This document shows, in pieces, positions 1 through 9,290 of a DNA stretch of 37,321 nucleotides (position 1 is the first letter of the stretch; every line of letters begins with the position of its first letter). Source of the stretch: Neoconidiobolus thromboides FSU 785 (lineage: Eukaryota > Fungi > Entomophthoromycota). The stretch spans positions 1 through 37,321 of the forward strand of contig MU626446.1 of assembly GCA_025603075.1 (NCBI GenBank), read 5' to 3'. The notes under the pieces are model-generated. The model was not told the origin of the DNA. It worked only from the letters and a program-made list of their open reading frames with translations, and did no database searches. Position numbers and translations under genes: made by a program.

Positions 1-1139
1 AGAATGTTCAAGATTTCTTTGCTTGTGGCAAACAAGAAGATAAAGCTGATTTTTATGGTATTAATATCTATTCTTGGTGTGGTGAGTCTGATATGCAAAA
101 ATCAGGCTATGATATCAAAGTTAAAGAAATGGCAGAATTGGGTATCCCAAGCATTCTATCTGAATATGGCTGTAATGTAGTTAAACCAAGAAGCTTTGGG
201 GACACTAAAGCACTTTATAAAGAGATGAGTGAAGTACTTTCTGGCGGTATTGTTTATGAATATAGTCAAGAAGATAATGACTATGGTTTAGTTAAGATCA
301 ATGGTGATAAAGTAGATCTATTACCTGACTTTGAAGTAGTAAAGAAACATTATTCTGAAGCTAAGCCAAAGTTAATTAAAAAAAGTGCTTATACTCCAGA
401 AATCAAAACTGTCAAATGTCCTGCTATTAGCGAAACCTGGAAAGCTTCTGAAAAGCTCCCATTAACACCATCAGATGATGTTTGTGCTTGTGCTTTACAA
501 TCCGTTGAATGTCAAATCAACTCTAAAGGTTTATTGAAAGAAAGTGGTGAAAAACTAGGTAAAATCTTTGGCTACACTTGTGCCAATGGAGCTTGTGATG
601 ATGTTTCTACTGATACTGTGAAAGCTGTTTATGGTCCATTTTCATTTTGTAACTCTACTGTACGCAGTTCTGTTATTATGCAAAATGCAGTGAATAGAGG
701 AGCCCAATGTGATTTTGAAGGATTCGCTAGTAAGGTAGCTTTACCTTCAAAAAAGGATTTAAAATCTTGCCCTGGTTTATCAAAGAGTGAACTTCAAAGT
801 GATATAAAATCCACTGCTACGAGCACTAGTGCTAACTCAATAACTATGAGTAGTACCGAAACTAGTACCAAAGCTAGTGCTGGCATGCCAACTGAAGTTG
901 TTAGCAAAACTATGATTAATTCAACAACTGAAATTAGTATTGGAATTGGAGCTAGTTCAGTAACTTCAGCTGCTACTAAATCTCAAACTAGCCCTCAAAC
1001 AGCTAGTGAAGTTGCTGGTGAAAAACCTACCGCTATTCCAGGATATAGCATGAACTCTGGTGATTCATCTGATGTTTCTAAAGGGATTTACGAACAAACT
1101 AAAATTTCTAAAAAGCAAAAATGCAAAAGTAAACATTAA
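1..1139 (+). CDS. GH72 (Gas/Gel/Phr) beta-1,3-glucanosyltransferase with X8/CBM43 Cys-box; 5'-truncated by the window edge
   Basis: The frame is open from nt 3 (NVQDFFACGKQEDKADFYGINIYSWCG, compare Gas1 ADFYGINMYEWCG). It carries the nucleophile motif SEYGCN, GGIVYEYSQEDNDYGLV, a Cys-rich X8 domain (CACALQSVEC...YGPFSFC...CDFEG) and a Ser/Thr-rich tail. Stop TAA at 1137-1139. Confidence 0.93.
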   Translation, partial: NVQDFFACGKQEDKADFYGINIYSWCGESDMQKSGYDIKVKEMAELGIPSILSEYGCNVVKPRSFGDTKALYKEMSEVLSGGIVYEYSQEDNDYGLVKINGDKVDLLPDFEVVKKHYSEAKPKLIKKSAYTPEIKTVKCPAISETWKASEKLPLTPSDDVCACALQSVECQINSKGLLKESGEKLGKIFGYTCANGACDDVSTDTVKAVYGPFSFCNSTVRSSVIMQNAVNRGAQCDFEGFASKVALPSKKDLKSCPGLSKSELQSDIKSTATSTSANSITMSSTETSTKASAGMPTEVVSKTMINSTTEISIGIGASSVTSAATKSQTSPQTASEVAGEKPTAIPGYSMNSGDSSDVSKGIYEQTKISKKQKCKSKH

Positions 1140-2125
1140 GTAGTAATTAGATATTGAAATAAAATTAGCTTATAAAACATATAATCTGTCTTTATTAATT
1201 AAGTAAAAACAGGTTTGCTGTGCTTTGATTCTGATAAATGTATTTTTAGTTATCTTTAGGGTATAAGCTATTGCGAAATATTAGAGATAATGGTAGTTAC
1301 AAAATTTTAAAATAACGATATACTATCCTACATATCTACTAAAGCACTAATGACTTATTGCATTTGTTTTATATTAAGTGTAAAATTTGAGAAGCAACTA
1401 GTTTTATATTAGCACTTATATCTGAAGCATTGTTATATTTCGACATCATTGCCTATTTACTTTTTTAATTTTTTTCTAGTTTTTCAATTATTATGTTACT
1501 ATCTCTTTTTTTAAACTCTTTGTTCATAGTAAAGATATACAACTGTTAATCTCAAACAATTTAAAAACTGTGTTGTATACAGCTGATTTTCAGTAATATA
1601 TTATTTATAACTGCTTAAAAGTATTCCAAAAAAGCAAAAAAACTCTGTAGCTATGAGTTGATATAATAAGCAATTAGTTCAAGGTTTTATTTTACAATTA
1701 TCGTACTGCTTTCCTATTTTATCTTGAGTCCAACTTCGGATCTAACATTAAGATAATGAGTATAGTAATGATAAATGAGTTAATAGGTTGAATAACAAAT
1801 TCTGATCATGTGTGAAATACAATATAGATTCACATCAGAGAAGTGCAAAAACATGGCTGTCAAATACTACTATGGTAAGAATCCAAAGAAATGTACAAAG
1901 TTTTCATGATATGGATGTATAAATATTTTACCATTTGATATTTTACAGAGCTGTAATAACCATGTATAAGAAAGCAACTTAGAAACAAGAGAAATTTAGA
2001 CTCCATTTGTATTAAAATTCTTAATTGCTTATTATAAACAACCATTTTTTATTAATAAAAGCACATAAAGCTTTATTATTATTGATATATCAATAAACTT
2101 TTTTTAAATCTAACATTGCTTTTTA

Positions 2126-3211
2126 TTAAGTATCAAAAGTAACAAAGGAAGGAGGAATAACCTCTTTAAGACTCGATAAATCCACATTAAAATATTTCTT
2201 GAGTGCTTCCCTTCTACCGTTCTCGTCTCTTAAATGAATTCTTTTAACTGTTCCATCTAGGGTAATAAGTTTCAATTGGTTATCAAAAACTTTAGCCATA
2301 GTACCTTCAGGTTCTTGTATATATTTTCTAATAATGAGATGCTCATTATAGGTACTTGTTTGATCCATAACTAAATAATAATTGATATGTGCTATATCTT
2401 TAGGGAAAAAAGGAGTAAAAGTAAAAAAGAAGAGTGGATACCAAATGTTCTCTTTTCCTTCTTCTTTTCCAACTAAACTTTCATCTAATTTATAGGCTGG
2501 TACTAAAGTACGAGCTAAGTAAAATGGTGGGATCATAGCAGATAGATGATTTTGGCCTGGTGGATATCTACGTACTACTTGTAAATGAGTATTATCTAGA
2601 AGAGGAACAAGTTCACATTCTGGATCTTCAATAACTTGCTCAAAGACAGGAACAGGTTGAAAATTCCCAATTGAACTAAAACCAGCATCTAACAAATATT
2701 TTTGATCATTTAATTCAGCAATAATGGCACAGTGTCTTAGTCCAGTCATCACAACTTTCCTTTCTTTTATAAATAAAGCTTGGTCAGCTGTACGTGCACC
2801 TACTATATAGTTATTGAATCCCAAGTTGGTAAGTATATGAGATAATAAAATATTATGCTCATAGCAATAGCCATCTCTTTCCTCTGTAACCAATTTTTTA
2901 AATATATCCAAAGGATGAAGGCTAGCTCCTTTAGTTGTTAATAAGTTATTTGGATTTGTTGGAGCATTTTGGTTTTCATCTTTCTGATCAAGTTCATTAT
3001 AGTAAAAGAAAGAAGTGTTTCCATATGGAATAGAATGTAAGTGTCTAGTTTGTATCTTTTGTAAAGTTTGTAAGCTCAATTCAGGCAATGCTTGCTCCTC
3101 TCCTTCGTTGAAATATTGGATTCTATTCAAATATTGAAACACTTGCTCTTTGGTATATGCTAATGGCTCTACTGATGTATCATATTCGTAAAATTCTCCA
3201 GGTTTTGTCAT
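2126..3211 (-). CDS. Arylamine N-acetyltransferase family protein, intronless
   Basis: Motifs HLHSIPYGN (cf. IPFEN), RDGYCYEHN (cf. RGGYCxExN, catalytic Cys), RHCAII (His) and YLLDAGF (Asp) give an intact Cys-His-Asp triad. Confidence 0.92.
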   Translation of the reverse strand: MTKPGEFYEYDTSVEPLAYTKEQVFQYLNRIQYFNEGEEQALPELSLQTLQKIQTRHLHSIPYGNTSFFYYNELDQKDENQNAPTNPNNLLTTKGASLHPLDIFKKLVTEERDGYCYEHNILLSHILTNLGFNNYIVGARTADQALFIKERKVVMTGLRHCAIIAELNDQKYLLDAGFSSIGNFQPVPVFEQVIEDPECELVPLLDNTHLQVVRRYPPGQNHLSAMIPPFYLARTLVPAYKLDESLVGKEEGKENIWYPLFFFTFTPFFPKDIAHINYYLVMDQTSTYNEHLIIRKYIQEPEGTMAKVFDNQLKLITLDGTVKRIHLRDENGRREALKKYFNVDLSSLKEVIPPSFVTFDT

Positions 3212-3940
3212 TTTTTGAAGTTTAAAAGTTAAAATAAGCCTTTAAGTAAAAAGTTTAAAAGTAAAAGTTAAAAAAAATTTAAAAAGTTTAAGAGGATTTA
3301 AAGTAGTTTTTATATTTTCTTGATTATTTGAATAAATCAAATCTTAGGAACTTGATCAGGAGCTAGCTTTTATAGGTAATTGCAGCGTTTTTCGATAATA
3401 AAGCGGAGAATAACTTTTAAATAAACACGATAATATAATAGTTTACAATCACGAGCTTTGGATTTAACTTTAATAGTATTTCATTTGTTAAAGCTTTTTC
3501 TCAAAATCTTAAGAAACCAATGAAACCCAAGTGCCTTTACTACTGTGGAATAAAAAAATTGATAGGAGGTGAAAATAGGTAAGTGTGTAGAGGATGTAGC
3601 AACTAAACTAGATCTTGGATATTTCAAAGTAGAGCAATCAGCTTTGAATATAAAAAGAGCTTAAGAAACTAAAGCAAACTCAAATTGGTTCAAAGCTTTA
3701 CAATCACTAAGAAGAGAGAATGGCGCGAAAGAAGGAGCCAAGGTGGACCTGGGAGAGAATTTTGTATAATGTATGTAAATGGTCTACAAATCAGTATCCT
3801 TTGTTAAGAATTAGCGGAAAGGTTAAAGGTTGATCCGAGATAAATCCAATTGAGAACAAGAAGGTTTAGTCGCCTCAAAGGTAAAAGAGTGGAGTTCAAA
3901 AGCATTTATTATAGTTTATGCAAAGAAAGAACAATAACTT

Positions 3941-4046
3941 ATATGAAGATGTTTTTTTGGCTTCATTACTTTTTCCATCTTTTAAGCACTATTTGAGTGG
4001 AAAATTGCTAGTAAAACTCTTAAATACAAAAGTATATCCCCACATA
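3941..4046 (+). mobile_element. ~105-bp dispersed repeat, copy A (MITE-like)
   Basis: Core CCATCTTTTAAGCACTATTTGAGTGGAAAATT is shared with five other copies. Ends are ATATGAAGATGTTTTTTTG and TATATCCCCACATA. Confidence 0.75.
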
Positions 4047-4323
4047 AATTTGATTTGATATACTTTTAATTTAAACGAGTTGTAGAGAATAAATTAATAT
4101 AAAGGACTAATTAAGCTTTATGTATTTATTTTTATATTTGTTATTAAAATACACCTTACAATAATATGTTCTAATACCCCCATTCTACAAAAGGGTTCCT
4201 AAAATTAACTTTAATATCATCATAGTATATTATTCATACATAATATATTTGTGTAATAATTAAAGCGTTGTAAAATCAATTTTTTTTATAAAAATTTAAA
4301 AATAGTTTAGTGATAGCTATTAT

Positions 4324-4509
4324 TTATTTGAATATATGAGACATAGATGATGTTAAATAATCATTTATATTTTTTGCGTTAGAACTCATAACAGTATATG
4401 TATGGGGATAGTAAATTACAACTGGAAATATTTCATTTTTAAACTTAAACAATTCCGGAGTATATAAAAACTCACAGTCCTCATTAAATCTAATTTCAAT
4501 TATTTTCAT
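4324..4509 (-). CDS. Hypothetical 61-aa ORF; possibly the C-terminal part of the upstream orphan
   Basis: Its ATG overlaps the TGA of 4506..5162 (ATGA). No recognisable motif. Confidence 0.3.
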   Translation of the reverse strand: MKIIEIRFNEDCEFLYTPELFKFKNEIFPVVIYYPHTYTVMSSNAKNINDYLTSSMSHIFK

Positions 4510-5162
4510 ATCGACAAATTTAATATTAATATTAATAAAATGATCATTAGAGGTGTATATTCAATCCTTACAGCAATCAAATCCTTACATATTGATATAA
4601 AAGATAATTCTAATGTACTTTTTGTTTTCAAATAGTAAAAATCTAATTTTAAATTTAAAGCATCACAAAATAAGTTCCATCCTATTTTTTCATCAATTTC
4701 TTTTATACTAATTTCTTCATTATTATAATCTACTTGAGGGATTTTAAAGTCATCTCCAAATTTAACTATTTTAATTTTATTTTCATGATAAAAATGGTTT
4801 GTATATCTCAAAAGTCCTGGAAAATTTGTTATTAAAGTATCACTATCCCAATCTTGCTCAAGGTGATAATTTTTATCATTATATATGAAAAATCGAAACA
4901 TACTACTTTTACCTTCAGTCATAGAGTCCTCGCATGCAAAATAAGAAGATCTAAAATCCTTTTGTCTTTGTTGTGATTCTTCATAGCCCATTATTTGTAC
5001 AGAATTCTTAAAGAAAAAGGCTCCTAAACTTTGATCTGGATAAATTGTCTGTATATCTTTATAGCTTGATAAGAGTAACTTATTGACTGGCATAAAATTT
5101 ATCAAATAATCTATTGATCCATATAATTTTGGTTGTCCAGGTTTATTAAAAACACGTACCAT
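4506..5162 (-). CDS. Hypothetical protein (orphan, 218 aa), possibly frameshifted or spliced to 4324..4509
   Basis: A 657-nt open frame in very AT-rich DNA is unlikely by chance and the composition looks globular. I recognise no family. Confidence 0.55.
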   Translation of the reverse strand: MVRVFNKPGQPKLYGSIDYLINFMPVNKLLLSSYKDIQTIYPDQSLGAFFFKNSVQIMGYEESQQRQKDFRSSYFACEDSMTEGKSSMFRFFIYNDKNYHLEQDWDSDTLITNFPGLLRYTNHFYHENKIKIVKFGDDFKIPQVDYNNEEISIKEIDEKIGWNLFCDALNLKLDFYYLKTKSTLELSFISICKDLIAVRIEYTPLMIILLILILNLSI

Positions 5163-6267
5163 TTGTAGAAATTCAACTCAAAATGTTAAGATAAATAAAT
5201 TCCAATGTTTTGAATTTGCTTTAAATAGTTGAATCAATACAAGAACATTCTTTTATTAGCTAATACTTTATTTAGCAAATTACAAAAAAATTAAATTTAA
5301 CTAAAACTAAAAAATTGGCTTTGATAAAATCAAATCAAATCAAAAAGATCAGCTATTTTTACTACTTTCTTACTAATTTTTTTATAGATTCCTAATGTGT
5401 TCTACACATTAGTATCGTTGAGTAGTTTTATTACTTTATTTTTTCTTTTTAGATATTCTATAAACAAATAAATAAATATCTTTAGCTAATTTGTCTTAAT
5501 ATCATTAATAAAACAGAACAACGTTATCTTTTTATTTGCTTACTATTATTTTTATTTTTTGTTCAAATTTTAATCCTTGAAATATTACGAATGAGTCAGA
5601 CTTGTTATCGTTTTATATATTAAAGTTAAGCCATAATGAATTAGACTTGTTTTTAAGTTTGAACGATGAATTAAGCATATCTTTTTACTCCTTAACTTAT
5701 CTACCTTTTTCTTTAATTTTGTTATGCAAAATACAAAGTGATTAACTTGTGGTTGAAACTGTAGATAAAAAGTACACTAAAAGCGGTTATTGTTTTATAA
5801 ATAAATTTACTTATACTCTAAATTAAAACTAAATACCCCATTTTCTACTTTTTTAATTAGAAAAATATTAGTAAAATATCAACTGTTATCTCATATGACT
5901 TTTAACGTAGCCCTCTACTTTATTTTAAAGGTTGAGTTTTTAACCTAGACCTTTAATCCTTCTAATGAGATTATAAACTATACACAATAGTCTCATTTCT
6001 ATATAGTCCAGCCCTCCAGATCATCAATCCTACCTTTTAATTCAACTTCACTTATCATTTAATCAGAAATTGTTTAAGGTATTAAGAAATAATTGAAGCT
6101 ATTTTATCTCTCTAATTCTACTGGAGATAAAAAGAATCCAAATCTACTTTACACTCACAAAGAAAATATTATGAATAACACTATTCCCAAAGTTTACTTA
6201 GTTTAATATTTAATATTTTATTTTAGTTAATAAAACGCTTCAAGCTATTACTTTTCAAGAACAAAAA

Positions 6268-6372
6268 AATGAGGCTGTTTTTTTTAGTTTCATTATTTTT
6301 CCATTTTTTAAGCGCTATTTGAGTGAAAAGATTGTAGTAAAATTCTTAAACAAAAAAATACATCCTCAAATA
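6268..6372 (+). mobile_element. ~105-bp dispersed repeat, copy B
   Basis: Core CCATTTTTTAAGCGCTATTTGAGTGAAAAGATTG; ends ATGAGGCTGTTTTTTT and AAATACATCCTCAAAT. Confidence 0.75.
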
Positions 6373-6630
6373 TTGATTGATTCTATTTTTTAACTTGATT
6401 TATTATAGCAAATGATAATAACTCAATGACTAAACAGTCGGTGATCAAATAACTAAAAAGTTAATACAAAGTGATTGAAAGTAGATAATTTTGATACAAA
6501 TAAATATGTTAATAATATAAAGTTTAACTATAATTTTTTCAAAAATAAAATGTAAATTAAGCCTATTTTTTACTCAAAATTTAATATTTGATTTAATTTA
6601 ATATAATGAATTTAAAATTTTACAGCAATT

Positions 6631-6739
6631 ATATGGGAGTGTCTTTTTTAACTTCATTATTTCTTCCATTTTTTAAGCGCTATCTAAGCGGAAAATTTGC
6701 TAACAAAATTCTTAAACACAAAAATACATCCCCAAATAT
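6631..6739 (+). mobile_element. ~105-bp dispersed repeat, copy C
   Basis: ATATGGGAGTGTCTTTTTT...CCATTTTTTAAGCGCTATCTAAGCGGAAAATTTG...AAAAATACATCCCCAAATAT; imperfect terminal inverted repeats are visible. Confidence 0.8.
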
Positions 6740-7936
6740 CAATTTAAATGAGAGCTAGCGAAATGAATATAAAATAACTAGATAATTTGTTAAGAACTAG
6801 CCCCATTTAATACTTTAAAAGGTTTCATTGACGGATATGTGAAGAAATACACTGTTTAATAAAAATTTGAGCTTTTTAAACAAACAAAATCAATTAATAT
6901 AGATGTGTAATAAAAAAATAAGCTTAACCTTTGTGAATATTATAATTTAAAAAATACAAAGCTGATAAAATAGCTGATTAATTTTATAGTATTTTTTTTC
7001 ATTTAATAATGTTAATAAATAAACAAAAACGAAATTTAGAATTTATAAATAAAGTTATCTTTTATTGTTCTTTTTATCCTTCTTTTCTGCTAATTAATTT
7101 ATCCATTATCTTTACAAATGCTCTTGATTTTTTTTCATAAGTTACATTAAAATCAGCTATTAAATTAATTATTGTAATTTATCTATCAGAACTATTAATT
7201 AAATCGTCTACTTTATTAAGTCGGATGATATAGTTGAAAGGATTTAATAAAGGTGGAATGTATTATAGAAAGTAATGTAAAGAAGGCCAATATCAAAGTT
7301 ATGACTAACTTTGATGACGTATATATTAAGTATGTATATAGAATGTAGCAAAGTAATGTACTTTATACTTATAGAAAGTACATGAGTAATTAAACCTGTT
7401 CCTTTGGAACCTCACTTTATTAAGAGTAATTTATTTATCCAAAAAAGTAAACTATGCTTTTAAAGCTTATTAGTTACATTGATATAATTAACTTAGTCTA
7501 AGATATATCATCTACCTTACACCTGTTTACAAGGACTTTGAAACTTTTCATTGCCATTAGTCAAACACTGGATTTATTTTGACCTACTTCGCGTCAACTT
7601 ATCAATAGTACGTCGTCAGGTTTAATGATCTCAAAGTCCTTGTAGTTTATATATAAGATACTGCTATTACCAAAATTTAAAACTCTAAAAATAATGCACT
7701 AAATTTTTTAGATATAATTTAGACATAGCTGAGATTAAATAAATGTCTGTTGATTACCACTTTAATATTATTAGTATATCTAAAAATTATTGAAGATTAT
7801 CTTTTACAAGCATGATATAAACTTCTTATTTATTTTTAATACAATTTAGCATCTATTTTATACTATAAAACTTTTTTTATTTATTATTTTAGCAAATTGA
7901 TCTATAACTGTTATCCCTTCAATGTCTTCCCAATTC

Positions 7937-9199
7937 TTAAAAATCCAACCAATCTTTAAGATATTCACAAGTATTGGGATTAATTTGACCATTTGGATGA
8001 CATTGATTATAAACCTATAAAAAAACAATGAGAAACAATATTGTTTATTTTAAGAAATTAAAGAATAAATTTTAATTCTAACTTACTGGGCAAGTACCAC
8101 ACGGGATATCTGTTAAAGCATTAGTATTATTTCGATCCTTTTCAAAAACACCTGAAAACACTGCTTTATATTGCCAATCATAAGCATCATTATTGAATTC
8201 GGTTTGAAATTCTTCTTTATCTTCATCTTCATCCTTATTTTTATTATGATTATTTTGTTGACCTTGATATTGATTAATAAACCCTGGTCTTGGTACAAAA
8301 TCGCTCATAAATTTGATAATTTTACCATCGAAAACAAGTAAATTTAAAATTTCTCTAATATCATCTAATGTTAATTTTTGTCTTGAAATTTGAGATGTAG
8401 CAATATAATTATAAATATTAGTGGCAGTTGGGTACATTGTATAACCACTATCAAAACAAGCGCCTAATCCTGAAGCTTCAGGTATCTGGCGAGGAAAACT
8501 TAAATGAGTAATAAATTTAAAGATATGTTCATATAATAATTGTACAAATTGTTCATCTAAATTTTGATCTGTATACCATGGCCCTCCAGTCATTTCTATG
8601 CTTGGATTTTTATCCCATAACATATATACTTTTCGAGTTGGATTATTGATAGATTTGACTGCTTTAATTAAATTCTTATTTTCTAATACTTTGATACATC
8701 GAGTAACTACATTTTGATGTAACCCAGTTTTTGATTTTAATGTTTTGATCCAAATACCTACAGATAGTTTAAATACTTAAATTACTAGTTTATTTTAAGT
8801 CTTTACCTTCATTTTGAGAATCTTCAACTGTCTTATAAATTCTTTTTTCTTCTTCATTAAGTTCATCTAATCTAAAAGTCAAAAAAATCTCCATTCACTT
8901 TAAATTTCATTAACTAAAAAAGAGACTTACTTTTCCAAACTAGTTATAGGAACCCCATTAAATGCCATCTGTCCATCTACCATAAAAAAGTCCAATAAAC
9001 CAAAAGAAGATAAGTTATTGACAGCATTAACAATAAGATTAGGTTCTATTCCATTCATTTTTTTTTGTAAAGTTGAATTATTAATACCATCTTTTGTTAA
9101 ATAAACTAATTTTAATACATTCATTTCAAGTTCTCCAAATTGAAATTTTTCTTGGGCTAAAGTCGCTTGCTCTGTTGCTTCTGATTCTGTGAAACTCAT
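7937..9199 (-). CDS. RPC34: RNA polymerase III subunit RPC34/RPC6 (POLR3F), 4 exons
   Basis: Exons 9199-8931, 8871-8807, 8757-8087 and 8014-7937 join in frame through GT-AG introns. The product has GIWIKTLKSKTGL...LIKAVKSINNPTRKVYML, TGGPWYTDQNLD and a C-terminal PCGTCPVYNQC...TCEYLKDWLDF Cys cluster. Confidence 0.95.
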
Positions 9200-9290
9200 T
9201 TTTTCTCTTTTTAAAAAGTTGGAAAAAGGATTAAAGAAATAAAAAAAGGCAAACTGCGATTTTTTACTTTTCTATTTTTTAAAATTTAGA
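9200..9290. promoter_or_regulatory. Putative bidirectional promoter between RPC34 and RTR1
   Basis: Only 91 nt separate the two divergent ATGs. The gap holds poly(dA)/poly(dT) tracts around AAACTGCGATTTTTT. Confidence 0.6.

Noticed and set aside
1860-2045. 61-aa ORF downstream of NAT
   Set aside because: Short, AT-driven, lies in the probable NAT 3' UTR and has no motif.
3941-6739. Repeat copies read as a CRISPR-like array
   Set aside because: Units are about 105 bp, dispersed, irregularly spaced, in both orientations and in a eukaryotic context with no cas genes.
8113-8298. Alternative-frame ORF inside RPC34
   Set aside because: Same-strand shadow frame of a low-complexity exon of a well-supported gene.
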